This document shows positions 51,196 to 64,000 of a DNA stretch of 64,000 nucleotides, in pieces. The stretch lies in assembly GCA_973895155.1 (NCBI GenBank), contig OZ316892.1, positions 3,103,223-3,167,222 on the forward strand, read 5' to 3'. The notes beneath the pieces were generated by a model. It did no database searches, was not told the origin of the DNA, and was given only the letters and a program-made list of their open reading frames with translations. This stretch comes from Marsupella aquatica. Its lineage: Eukaryota > Plantae > Marchantiophyta. The first letter of the stretch is position 1. Each line of letters opens with the position of its first letter. Position numbers and translations under genes: made by a program.

Positions 51196-51771
51196 TCACA
51201 TGCGACCCTCCTCAATCTCAACGCCCACATCCCAATCCTCCACATAACCCCTATCACCATTCATATACTTACATTCTCCTGAGTGACATGGACATAACCT
51301 CTTATCAGTTAGGATGCCACGGTCACAGATGGCACCCAAGTGATCTCTTGGCAGACGATCTATTTGCGGACAGCAATTCTCAATTTCCAGTACGCAAGGA
51401 AGTCTGCCTTGTGTGCATGCTAGACTCAAGACATCCAGCACCTCTTGCTCGCTCCTCGTGACCTGGTGAGGGGGGCATGTCATCTCAACCCACTCCGATG
51501 GAAGCCAAATCCACTCATGACACAAATGAACTACGACCCTGTGGACAAATCCTAGGCGTAAGTAGTATAGCAAGCTGTCGAAGCCCTCGTCCCTACGCAT
51601 CAACCATTCCAACTTCGCATACATAACACTAGGCGATGAAATCCGAAAACATCTGCCCTGGTCAGGATACGTGTTCTCATGATTCGTTGTCCATCCGCCT
51701 CCCTCAGCTACAATGTCACTTGCAATATCGTCAGGCAAGGCCTGCATAAATGTAGCGAAGGTGTCACGCAA
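51196..51771 (-). CDS. Uncharacterised Cys/His-rich ORF (191 aa), likely TE-borne exon
   Basis: Long open frame in repeat context, with a possible acceptor TTGTAG near 51794. A near-identical inverted copy at ~58896-59473 is also open. No family recognised. Confidence 0.45.
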   Translation of the reverse strand: MRDTFATFMQALPDDIASDIVAEGGGWTTNHENTYPDQGRCFRISSPSVMYAKLEWLMRRDEGFDSLLYYLRLGFVHRVVVHLCHEWIWLPSEWVEMTCPPHQVTRSEQEVLDVLSLACTQGRLPCVLEIENCCPQIDRLPRDHLGAICDRGILTDKRLCPCHSGECKYMNGDRGYVEDWDVGVEIEEGRM

Positions 51772-53729
51772 TGGGATCTCATTGCCTTCTCCCTACAATA
51801 TGCCATCATAATTATACAACAATGTGTTAGATTTCAGAAATTGCATCAAATCTTACATGGCTTGGAGGCTTTTTACGTACTCAAAATGTAGATCAAATAT
51901 TAATATCAAATATGCTCGTTGCAAGGAATATCAAATATGCTCGTTGCAAGGAATATCAAATATGCTCGTACCTCAAGTATGTTATGCCTCATCAATGCCA
52001 TAACTAATCTCGTGCAATATCGATACAAGTACACCGCCGTATTGCTAGCTAGATTGTTTGTTTACACCTATGGAAGAAATTCGAACAACGTTCTACGCCA
52101 CGCACGGGATGTACCCTACTTTCAAGCAGTTGCCTCGTCGTGAGAGAGCTGCTTTCTACTAGTAAACTCTTTTGCTTGAGACAAATGACAGGCTAGGTAG
52201 ACTATCAGAGTTCGTACAAGTCGGTCTGATCCGCCAGTCTGTGAGATAGTTTCCAGGCTTGGATTAGAAGGCATCAGTGTTAAGTGGATGATTTGAAATA
52301 ACTAGTCATTTATCACTCATCGCAAGCTGAATGTACTCTGCTCTACACATGAGATTCGTCACACGGCCCACAGTGTAGAATATGACAGTGCCCACCTCCT
52401 CAATTGTGCCTTTAAATCCTGTCTAAGATGGTTCGAAGGACACAATCCCACGCACCTTCGCAACCACCTAAATTGGAACATGTACCCCATGCCTCCAGAC
52501 CTCGATCTCTGTCTTCTCCTATTCGAATTCGAGAAAACTTTACCACAACTGCATCGATTGGATCCATGACGAGGTGGCACGCTTGTGAGTGCCCATCCTT
52601 AGCTCATCATCCCCGCCCTTGCGCTTACGCCACGACATTCTTTCACGGCATGGTACCAATTCCACCAGGAGGAGGATTTGACTGCCATCCTGGGGAGGTG
52701 AACTCATTGGCATAGCATGGAGCCAATTCCACAAGGAGAGGAATTGACTGCCATCCTGGTGAGGGGAAGACGTAGAACCTAAGTACACATCACTGACTCG
52801 CTGCTAACTTGAGACAAGTGGTCATTTAGAAGTGTTTAACAAAGTGTTGTAAAGGGCGGTCGCCACGTTGCGCCCCCAAACAAAAGAGCCTGATTTCATT
52901 ATTAGGCGATGAACATTGTCTGAACGAATCACCTACATGTCAGTAACTACATTCAGGCACTAGCATTGTTTCTTGCATTTTTAAGAAATTCATGCAAGAG
53001 TCACAAAAGGTATCACTTCCCCTCTCTAGTCATCCCTATGATGCTCACTACCAGCAATTTCTTTTTATTTTTCCTGTTAGAGTCCTTCATGTCCCTCCGG
53101 AGTTTTCAAGAACCCTTTGTACTGATCGTCCAACGTTTGCAGGCCATGATTTATATGCCCTGTGTGTCCATATATAGGTGACTCACAAGCGCTCTTGGAT
53201 TCATTTTTCAGAATTTTTTATTTGTAACCATGGACAGCATGCTTACCTAGCTTTTTTCACCAAGTCTTTCAGATATCCAAATTAATGAAACTGCAAGAGT
53301 CACATTCTGACAAAATACTCAGTCCTTGTCATTGATGGTAATCATCTAGTGTCAAGGGTTGAGAATGCTGGTTCAACCTATGTTCCAAGATTAATAGGCA
53401 CATCACTCCCGACCAGGCCTGCTGAAACGTGAACCCTCGTTTGTTATTTATGATGCACAATATATGTTTGGACATTTTGTTTCGCTGGGCAGTTTCCCAT
53501 GTTAACTGATGATCTCCCACAACGGACCACGATTGAGCTACATCGCTCTCTCCAAGTTTCGTCTAAAGTTGGTCTAAAGTTGTCCATTCACCATGTCCGT
53601 CCGTGGCATGTACTGAACCCCACCTTCGATCCTTGATGAAGATGCAATCAGAAATTCACTTCCGGATAAGTGACACCAAGAACTTATCCTTTGCGTAGAA
53701 AATACGTCTTGAAGCCTGTCACAATCCGA

Positions 53730-54720
53730 TCAAGCGAATAGGTTATTACACGTCTGCAAAGGGTAGGCTTCCTGGAAAGGCATGTCGCTTCCCCATTTAG
53801 AAAAGTCGAGGTTGGAGAGTTGTGTAACGCCCCCGTCGGTGTATTGGCCATTCAACACAAAGCGAGCGTTGATCCGGTGAAAAGCTTCAGTAAAATGAAT
53901 GCCGTCCCAGCATATGCGCTGCTCTGGGTTGGAGCACTTGTTCGATCCCAGAGATGGGTTCCCGCCTGTGATAGCCGGATTGTAGTTCTAAGTGCCCACT
54001 CCAGGAGCTCCACAGCAAGCCGTCTTGGTTACGGCAGGGTCGAAACCTGTCATGCAAGGGCAGAGAGGAGGGCACGAGATTAATTATGTAACGATGGGTA
54101 ATGCTCTTCTGTTTTCACCATCCGTGTCTGTGAGCACATCTTAGTGACGAGTATATGAAAGTCTGCTCAATGATTGAATCTCACTCATATGTGAGAGAAT
54201 CCTCCAAAGGCTCCGAAAACGAGTTTCGTACTGAAGCCAAGCCAAAACGCTTACTCGAGCGGTTTCTATTAAACCCCAAAATTGGTATTTTAAATCACTT
54301 ATAAGATTTCTTCTGTGTTTTTTCCAGACCTGATCTGACAGATTTGTGTGGTTTGTTATGAGAGCATTGGTAAGATTAGAAAGTGAAAATGTCAAAGTTA
54401 TTCTTTATCAAATTAGTGTTTCGTTTTCCTGAATGTCACTGCTAGGGGGGAAATCAATGTTTGTAAAACTCGAGAGTGGTTTAAAATTAATATATAGCAC
54501 CATCTTCACATGGCGTTATCATACAGTTGGGAAAGACATGACAAATTGGGAGAAAAAGGAGAAAACTCAAAGTACTGTAGGCAGGGTGTGTCAGAATCTC
54601 AAGATGGGCACTGTAGGTATCAAAGTAGGCGATGTTGGGTCCAGTTAGATTAAGGCGTAGCAACTTGATCTGCGAGAACAGTTTTGAGAAATTTGGTTCA
54701 CACCGGTGATGCAGCCCAAT
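53730..54720 (-). pseudogene. GDSL esterase/lipase copy 3, 5'-truncated pseudogene
   Basis: Only part of exon 4 and exon 5 remain. TTG>TAG nonsense at 53988-53990, ~13-nt deletion near 54683 and 6-nt deletion near 53824 relative to copy 1. Homology ends abruptly at 54720. Confidence 0.9.
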
Positions 54721-57700
54721 AAGCAGCCCAATAAGTCATTTTGCCCGTACCCATCTAACCTCGTCTTGGATTACCAACAGATGAGCCATGCCCATCCCTA
54801 CTAACTATTATTGACTAAGAGACAACATCGATCAGTTTACTTCACCTTCAGAAGATCATGTTAAAATTAGTCAGAAGATCATGTTAAAATTAGTCCACGT
54901 GCATATTAGCAAGCCTAGGATTACCAATAGATGATTATGAAGATGCTATATGGTGAATTCACCTTTCAGATTTTGTCTTATTCAAATTTTGTGTTCAGTG
55001 TTTTTATTTTAATGTGCCTTAACTAGGTGAATGGTTTGTATTAATTTGATTTTGAATTAACTTTTGGACCCCTTTTAATTGTAGTGAACTTAGAGTATTT
55101 TGAATATATTTGGCTCCCCTCCTAAATGTTTAATCTTTACTTTTCAATCACTCAGTGAATTATTATTTTTCTCATGAGAAACATGAGTTTGAACTATGTG
55201 CACATTTGGTGTACTAAATTCCCCTCGTGGTTTTTTTTACAAAACTTATGGTTTTAATTGAGTTGATTGTCACTACCTAAAAGCAAGTGAAATTTTGTAC
55301 TATATGTGCACAACTCTTTAGTACCTTTGTATTTGGTCATAATGTGTTTTTCTTTGCAGGTGTCACTCACTCTGAATTAACAAATATTAATTTCTTGACA
55401 TATACTTTACATGTACCTACTTCTTTAGTCATAAAATAAATCAATGAATTACATATCACTACAAGACAAAAAAAAGGGCATATATAGATGAGCCACACCC
55501 ATCCCTATTAACTATTATTGACTAAGAGACAACATAGATCAGTTCCCTTCCCCTTCAGAAGATCATGTTAAAATTAGTCCACGTCCAAATTAGTAAGCTT
55601 GAGACCATATAAGTTGCATCCCATTCACACAGCACCCTACACCCTTTATTTCCCTCGAGTACGCAACTCTTGTATAATAGGCATGGGTCTATATTTTTAC
55701 ATGGACTAAAAAGCTGGCAATACAAAATAATTAAAATTTGAAAAAACCTCGGTTTTCCACTTTTAAAAATTTTCAAGTCATAGAAAAGGTTTGGTTTTCT
55801 TCTTTTTCCATATGAAATTAAAAAATATTCCTATACATGTTGTAATTTTTATTAAAAGATTTTTAAATACTTAATTAAAATCCTAAAAAGCTGTCTAATT
55901 TGGCTGCAGACCCCTGTATTTAAAAAAAACCCATATAATTTGGTTTTGATCAAGATTTTGTATATCAAAACATGTTTGATTTTTTTTCTAATTTACATTT
56001 TTGGATTCTTTTGAGTTGAGAGGTACAAGACTTTAGTAAACTAAAATAAAATCTAAGATTGTCAATTGGATATAAGATCATTATAAGGAATTAAAAACTT
56101 GCCTTATAAAAAGCAGAGTTGTATACCCGGGTTATTTCCACACTTTTCATTCCTCTTATCAATCTCATTCACCATTCCCTGTTCTTCATCCCCCACTCTT
56201 GGAATCCTGTAAATCTTGAAATGGATTGGGAATTGCTATTAATATCAGCTCACTGTGGTGACAGTTTGTGGTCAAATGGTTGCTTGGTCCCCTTCAATAC
56301 GTTTTGTATCACAAGTGTCACAATGGGAGGCAATAAAAAATACATCTCTTGGCATCACAATTATGCTGCTTGTAGTCTACGTTACATGTGACGTTCAGAT
56401 AAGTGCGCTCTTTGCAAAGACGCACATAATAGTCGAACGCATGGTTTGACAACATATGCACAGCTCCTTGAGACGGGATATTGACCCCGATGGCGGCCGA
56501 CGAGAAGACTGAGCCAAGGTCTGAGCTATCCTTTTTGTTGCACAGTGCATGACGGTATGCCGGCCAGATGCTTACCCCTTGAAAGAAAGAACATGACGGG
56601 GAACATGGTAATCAAGGCAAAAGCAAAAGTGAGCTGCCCATAACCATTATGTCCATGCAACCCTAAATGCATTTTTCACCCGTTTAATATTGAAGTATAT
56701 TAATTCATTCAAAAGTGTATGTAAACAGATTGATTTGTATTCTAATTATTATTTCATGTTAATTTGCAGTTTCAACGATTGAAGTATCAATTTTCCTTCA
56801 CTCTATCTATTTTTTGCATTTTATGTACTATGCAATACTGTATACTGTTTATAGTAAATATAATATGTATAAAGGCATTGTCTAAAAAGAAGTTAAAAAG
56901 AGTTGAAGAAATAGAGTATACTATATGTTTGTGGAGACATATATGCACATAATTGTACGCGAAGAATCATGCGGAGAATAACATGCGCAAGAAAAAATTG
57001 GAATCATTTTCGGGCCCCCACCACAAAGCTAAAATTAACTAAGGCAAAGAATTAAATTTTTTAACAATTAAAAAAACAATCCACTTACTTTTTATTATCC
57101 CTTCCCTCTTAAGGTAACCTTAATGCTCCATCCCATCCCAAAGAATCAAAATGTTTTTTTATTCCTCCTTTCCTTAAAGATATCGTTAACTATCTATCCC
57201 TGCCCCACACCAAAGACAGAAAATAATCTAAAAGTAATCATATATGTTTCTTATGCCCACCTTTATCCTAAATAGAAAGGAAGAAAAATGAATAGAAACA
57301 CAAAAAGGTTCCTTAAAAGATGCTCTTATTTAGCCTCTTCAAAAGAGTAGTCTCTCTTCCTGGTGAAGAGTGCTTCTTAGTTTATTAACAATTGCTCCTC
57401 CCTTCCGTTTTTATTCCTCCCCTCTTATTTAGCCCCTTCAAAAGAGTCATCTCTCTTCCAGGTGACACATTTCACCCAAAGAAAAAATAAATTAAAAATT
57501 AAAATAAGGATGAAACAAAGACATGGAATGCTCCACACAAAACAAGTTTGCTCCTCTTATTCAGCCTCTTGGAAAGGGTGTCACATGTGACCCATTTCAT
57601 CCAAAGAAAAAAAATTGAAAAATAATGAAGAAAAAATAAAGACATTGAAAGTTGGAGAGAATAAAGTACAAGAGAGCCATTGATGAAAGTACACACTAAG

Positions 57701-58895
57701 AGGGACATTGATGATAGTATACTGTATATTTCTAGACCTTTTAACAAGAACTTAACTAGTGTTGGAGAGGGTATATTGTATTTTGCAGAATAGTATGCGC
57801 ACAATCAAGAGCCCAGATAGACATGACTTTGTGGTAGCTCACTTGAATAGAGACCGATACATTTTGGGTTTAATTATTGTGGCTGATTCTTCTCTTTTTG
57901 TGGGGTTTAACAAATTTCTCTTAATGTTTTTTAAATAAAATTCCACGACAATCGTATGCAAAGATTTGTATGCGTAGAAAAAAAAATTAGTCAAAGTCAT
58001 TTTGGGCCCTCATCACAAAATTGAACTTAAAGTTCAGCCAATAACAGATGAGTTTTTCCCTCATGCACTCATTATTTGTTTGTCCGTACTAATTTTGGGT
58101 TGATAATAGCTTAGTCTTTCCCTTACGAATCCAATCGGTATTGAAAACGAAAAGAGGAAAATACACCTTTGTTGTCCATTTTTTTCTCTCCAGGTAAATC
58201 ATACCTATTGGTGATTGAATGTAGGTTGTATATATACTAGCCCCAACTACCAGTTCTTTGAACGTGAATAGAAGTGTCACCAAATATATTTCCTATTCAC
58301 ATTCTTTGAATGTAAATAAAATAATAATAAAAAATTATCATGCATGTCATCATTTTAATAATCATAGTTACATACTTCCTCTCTATAGATACACATTCAT
58401 CTTTCTATGCATATATGTTGTGGTGGGGCCATAGAGTACATTTTTTGAATGTAAACAGAAATCATAACAAAAAACATGCATGATAATTATCATTTGACAT
58501 ATATCATAGTCATAAATTTTAATTTCCATTCACATAGTGAGGTGGCCATGGAATTATGGTCTAGAGTCTCCCAACTCTAAATCTAAGTTGGCTCTTTATA
58601 AGTAAAATGATTGAGTGTACACTATACTAACATAACTTCCACTTCCTGTACCACCTGTTAGTGATTGAATGTAGGCTGTATCTATATGATTGAGTGTACA
58701 CTACATATACATAGCTTGTGCTTGTGTACCACTCTTATTAGACATATGCATATGATTGTACTCACTAATATGAATTGTACTGCCCACCATTTAGACATTT
58801 ACTATAATACATGTTCTTTAGTTGATAGTTTGCCCCAATTTTAAGATAATCCCAGCCCCAAGAAAGTCACAAAATAAATCTGAAATCTCTCATAG

Positions 58896-59473
58896 ATATT
58901 GCAAGTGACAATGTAGCTGAGGGAGGCGGATGGACAAAGAATCATGAGAACACGTATCCTGACCAGGGCAGATGCTTTCGGATTTCATCGCCTAGTGTTA
59001 TGTATGCAAAGTTGGAATGGTTGATGCGTCGGGACGAGGGTTTCGACAGCTTGCTATACTACTTACGCCTAGGATTTGTCCACAGGGTCGTAGTCCATTT
59101 GTGTCATGAGTGGATTTGGCTTCCAACGGAATGGGTTGAGATGACATGCCCCCCTCACCAGGTCACGAGGAGCGAGCAAGAGGTGCTGGATGTCTTGAGC
59201 CTAGCATGTACACAAGGCAGAGTTTTTTGCGTACTGGAAATTGAGAATTGCTGTCCACAAATAGATCGTCTGCCAAGAGATCACTTGGGTGCCATCTGTG
59301 ACCGTGGCATCCTAACTGATAAGAGGTTATGTCCATGTCACTCAGGAGAATGTAAGTATATGAATGGTGATAGGGGTTATGTGGAGGATTGGGATGTGGG
59401 GGTTGAGATTGAGGATGGTTGCATAGGATTGAGTGTATTGTTTAGTAAGAATGTCAGTGGACTTTCTGAGTGA
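58896..59473 (+). CDS. Second, inverted copy of the uncharacterised Cys/His-rich ORF
   Basis: Translation almost identical to 51196-51771 from DIASD to DVGVEIE. Homology starts exactly after CTCATAG (acceptor-like). Confidence 0.45.
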
Positions 59474-61454
59474 GGGAAATGAGAGATGTAGACAATCTGT
59501 ATCTCATAACACTAATGAGATACCTTAATCCTATACTTTATTCCTCACACAATGTCTAAGGGATCAGTTCTTGAAGAGATGAACTTGCTGACAAGAAAGA
59601 GGAGACTACAGCATGAAGCAATGAGGGGTAGGAGATCCATATTCAGGCGGGCAGAGGTTGGGAGCCTTCATCAAGACCGGAGATCCAATTTTTATTCCGA
59701 TAAACAAGGTGGATGTGCTTTTCTGAGTCTCCTATCATCAAGAAGGCAGATGCAAATTTTCATTCTATAAACTAGTATGTGGATCCAGCTCAACTTTTTT
59801 TACACACTTGTAATATTGTATTTGTTTATTTTACTAGCTCTCTTTCCTGGTCATTAAGTATGCCAAAATTCTATGATGTGCCCAAATACAGTGCCAAGAA
59901 TTTGGAAGGAGGATTTAGCGTGATATATAATATTGCCATCCTTTGTTTGTCTCCACCTCTCTCATGTTCTTTTCACCTCTTTGTGTAATTCACATTGCAA
60001 CTCCTCATTGTAGTTATCACCTCGCTTATTCCAGTGACAAATTATTCATCACAAAGGTGAGCAACGAACTATCTTGGAGGCAAGGAGCTAGGCAATCACC
60101 TGCACTTCATTGTCTTACAACATTTTTGTGCAATGGATAATTATGCATTGGACTTGTCTATAAATTTATGAGATGTGTTTAAAGTATTTGAAGTTTGCAT
60201 AATAAAAGTTGACATCACTAGCAAACAAATTCATAAACTTAAAAACTATTTACAGCATTGGTTTTTTAATTGTTTTGTGGGGAGACAAGCCTACTTTTTA
60301 TTTGGAAAGTGTGCTTTATTCATCATGATTTATCTAGTAATGACAAAAACAAAATTCTCATCAATTTTAATGACAAATGGAAACAAAGAAAATACCCATA
60401 AGTGTTAAATCATAATGATCATGTTAGGAAGAGAGTAACTTTATATATAGAGCCACCTTCATGAGAAGAGAAACATACTTATTTCATTTGTGTTTTTTAA
60501 ATGTATGTTTTACTAATCAATAGAAAATCATAACCTTACTTTTGTAGAGATTTTATAATAATAGAATAATTTAATGTTTTGAGAATAGTTGGTTATTCTT
60601 GAATGTGTAAATGAATTTTGAGATTGTGCTTATGACTTTTTTGGTGTGTATTCAAGGAATATGTTTGAATAAGGCATAGGAGGAGCTACACTCAAATGGC
60701 ATACAAGATCTTTTTTTAAGATTTCTCATGGTGACTACCATCAAGGTAAATGTTTATATCAGTGAATTTTTTTATGACTAGAATTTGTGTTTATTTGTTA
60801 TTTATGAAATGACTTGATATTTTGTCCATTCAATTGACATGAACAATTTTGTGTGAGTTTGTAGACAAATTTTGGCATCACTACGAAACAATCCTAAGCT
60901 GTCATCTAAGCTTGAAATAGAGGTTTGTTTCTCTCTTTATTCCCCATTGAATAAGTGTGATTGTTAAAGTTGTTCACTCATAAAGCTAAATCAAGTATTG
61001 AGTCTATCTATACTTTAAAATCTAATTTTCACACATGTAATATTTATCATAATAGTGTTTATTTTCAAATAAATAATCATAAAACCTAAAAATTTATAGC
61101 ATTATCATATATGGATGTGCAAATATTAGTATATTAATTATTTACCACAACACTTAGAGCTTTTATTTGAATCAACACAATAGATTTATGCAATCTTAAC
61201 AAAACTATAAGTATTAGTAATTTGCAATTTATTTGTAGAAAGCAATGCTCTTGGTAGGTAGATGAGTCTTTTGTAATTTTGTTTCATATTGTTATGGTTA
61301 TCTTAGCTCATTACATATTAAGAAAGTGAAACTTGCCTTTTGTTGGATTCCAAAAATGGAGAAGTTAGCTCTTTGTACCTAAAGTTATTCACTTAAGTTT
61401 ATTGTCAATCGGGTACTATAATTATAAGGTCCATAATTATCATATTATTCAAGT

Positions 61455-61970
61455 TAAGGCAATAAACTATAGTACACACATATGCAAAGGTAGGTGTAAT
61501 GTTTGACCCTAATTGTAACTTCAAAATCAATATAAGGTTACAAGTTAAGACATTCTGATACACACATCCGCAAAGGTCGGTGTATTGTTCGACCCCAATT
61601 GTAACTTCAAAATCAATATATATTACAAGTTAATGCATCCTGGTACACACATCTGCAAGGGTCGGTGTATTGTTTGACCTCAGTTGTAACTTATAAAATC
61701 AATATAAGGTAACTACAAGTTAAGACATTATGGTATACACATCTACAAGGGTTAGTGTACTACTTGATTCTAGTTGTAACTTCAAAATCAAAATAAGGTT
61801 ATCTGGGAAGGTTAGAAGTCAAGGCATTTGGTACAAGGGTCGATATAATATTTGACCCCATTTGTAACTTCAAAATCAATAACTAAGGTCATAAGTTAAG
61901 GCAATTGTTACATATATTCAAGGGTTTGAGTATTGTTTGACAAGTTGTAACCTAAAAACAAGGTTATAAT
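61455..61970. repeat. Tandem array, ~85-95 bp unit, about 6 copies
   Basis: TACACACATC..CAA.GGT..GTGTATTGTTTGACCC.A.TTGTAACTTCAAAATCAATATAAGGTTACAAGTTAAG repeated at ~61473, 61560, 61644, 61735, ~61832 and ~61908. Confidence 0.9.
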
Positions 61971-62439
61971 ACTTTAGAGTTTACATTCAATACCACTTCA
62001 AAACAATATTTTCATAACTAGAGACTTCCAAATGTTAACATCTTAATAATACTTGCATTAAATTTCAATGTAAGCTTCCCATGATCAAACCTTCGCTTAT
62101 TCACCCCACCTTCCTCATAATCTTTCACCCCTACTTATATTTCTAATGTTCTTTCCCATTTTACTTGTATGGCGTCAAGGGATTGAGAGAATGCTTTCTA
62201 TTTTGCTTACCAAGCTTATTTATTTTATTTTATTTTATTGCAATTAAATTGTCTTTTAAAATATATTTTATACCCAACCTGGAGATTTTTCAAATATTGA
62301 TTTTTCTCAAAGCCCACATACTGCCCAAGTTCTTTTTATTCTTTAGGCACCATAAAGGGCATAATCTAGTTATGTCAACATCCAAACATGGATAGGTTTA
62401 GTTTGTCAATAGAGTTGTTTGTGTCGAGAAGTGACATTA

Positions 62440-62740
62440 CTCTTCACACGAGTCTTTACACACAAAAGTAATATAGATTGTTGGATTCAAAACCTCTAAT
62501 GGTATAAAAATTCTTTTTGAGCTAAGAGACCAGACAAGTATTCACACACAAAATGAATTTGAATGGTTGGATTCATAATATCTAACAATATGAAGTATTC
62601 ACACACAAAATGAATTTGAATGGTTAGATTCATAATATTTAACAATATGAAAGCTCATTTTCAGTTGAGAGGCCACACTAACCTTCACACGAGTTCACAC
62701 ACAAAATGAATGTAATCATTCGATTCAAACCATCTAATGA
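62440..62740. repeat. Short tandem/dispersed repeats (~57 bp)
   Basis: TTCACACACAAAATGAAT at ~62541, 62598 and 62694, with a diverged copy at ~62457. CTTCACACGAGT occurs twice. Confidence 0.8.
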
Positions 62741-62749
62741 TTGGATATT

Positions 62750-64000
62750 TATAGGGTGACATGGAATTTTGACAGAATTTTCAGATTACAAAAGTCTCTA
62801 ACTAGACCCGTAACAAGGATATGTTTTTCTGAGTTTGTGCAAAGTGATAAGGCTGAAGCTGAAAGATTCCTTCTGCCCGCCCTCTTGGGGCGAGGAAGCA
62901 GGTCGCTACGATGGCTTACTCCATTGTCCCTTGCCACAATTCGGGATCTGTGGACTTGGAAGCCGTTTTGTTCACACAAGGAAAACAAATTGCACAACAA
63001 AAAGTAGGAGTTTTTAGAGATTCTAACGATACACTATTGGGATAAATCACTCATCTCTAAGAGAATTCATTGGAGGATCAGTGTCAACAGTCACCTGGTT
63101 GTCGATAACATATAGTGCCCTGCAAGTCTCGGGGATACTTAGGTTACTCTTCCGAACTTAGAAACTCTCGAGGTTTCCTTTGACAAAACCATCAACCAGT
63201 GAATGCCATGAGTGGTCGTTTATTTTGGATCTTGATATTAACCAAGCATGGAATCACCATTCTAGCCTGCTTGTATCTACAGTATAGCCCTCTAACACCT
63301 CACCGAACGTTTCTGGAATAAGATCCCCGTCGCAATTCATTGCCCACCAAGGACTGCTCCGCAGTAGCGTTGGACTTGCCTATCTGCCCCAAAATCCCTA
63401 CACTGACATGAGGACGTCAATGCAATCTAGCGTTGAACATCTTTTGAGTTCAAGACATCCTGCTTTACCTCTAACACCCCTAAAAGCCGAACAGTTCATA
63501 TTTCTCCAACTGATGTAGCGACCCTGCCATTGTCATGGACAACACTGGCCGGTACTCAATATACCAACCATATAAAAGGGGAACACAAGGTTATGCGACC
63601 TATCTGTATTTCCAGAGTTCAGTGGTCTAAAGATTTAGTAACAGGAAAGCCTATACACAATGACAAAGAATGTCAGGAGATCTGATTTCTCAATAACAGG
63701 AAGATGTCTATCTTCCACTCCACTTCCTCTTGCTCGACATCGAAATAACATTACTCATTCTGCACCGAATACGATGATACTTTCTTCCCGCTCAATTTGC
63801 TCAAGCGGGTCGGAAATTATGAAGACACGCTTGCGAATGTGCAAGTTGCAAGTCTCAAAGAATCATTTGATGTGTATAGTGGACTTGCAGTATGCTTGAT
63901 TTCCTGCGCATGCAAGTCGTCAATGAGGATAAGGAACTCAGTGGAGGAGGATACAATTGCGAGATTTGCTTTGACTCAATTTAAGACTCCTTTCACAGAC
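62750..64000 (+). pseudogene. Highly decayed coding-like remnant, possibly LRR-containing
   Basis: Composition shifts to coding-like. Fragments VTLPNLETLEVS, EFLEILTI and LPICPKIPTL resemble LRR units, but many stops and frameshifts intervene. Confidence 0.3.

Noticed and set aside
61455-61970. CRISPR-like array
   Set aside because: Whole units are homologous with no unique spacers; eukaryotic context with no cas genes.

Overview
Eukaryotic land-plant genomic DNA: intron-rich genes amid TE debris. The lineage is plausibly a bryophyte, but that is inference. Bases 1-10460 are the right-hand ~10.5 kb of a decayed CACTA (En/Spm) transposon ending in a ...GTAGTAGTG terminus. It carries a disrupted spliced TnpD-type transposase (+), a divergent spliced TnpA/ORF2-like gene (-), and a stand-alone SET-domain ORF (4986-5510) between the first exon and the main transposase exon. 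Arrays of a TTCGCAA/TTGCGAA motif occur at the element end and also inside it. Downstream lie two related solo LTRs, a tRNA-derived element, a DRMY1-like MYB gene (+) convergent with a plastid S1-domain RNA-binding gene (PDE338/RLSB-like, -), two intact tandem GDSL esterase/lipase genes (-) and a third truncated pseudocopy. From ~45.8 kb onward is a rearranged mosaic of local duplications, CACTA- and Helitron-like termini, a twice-present Cys/His-rich unknown ORF, minisatellites and a very decayed LRR-like remnant. All calls come from reading the sequence by eye; no database searches were run and some exon boundaries are approximate.
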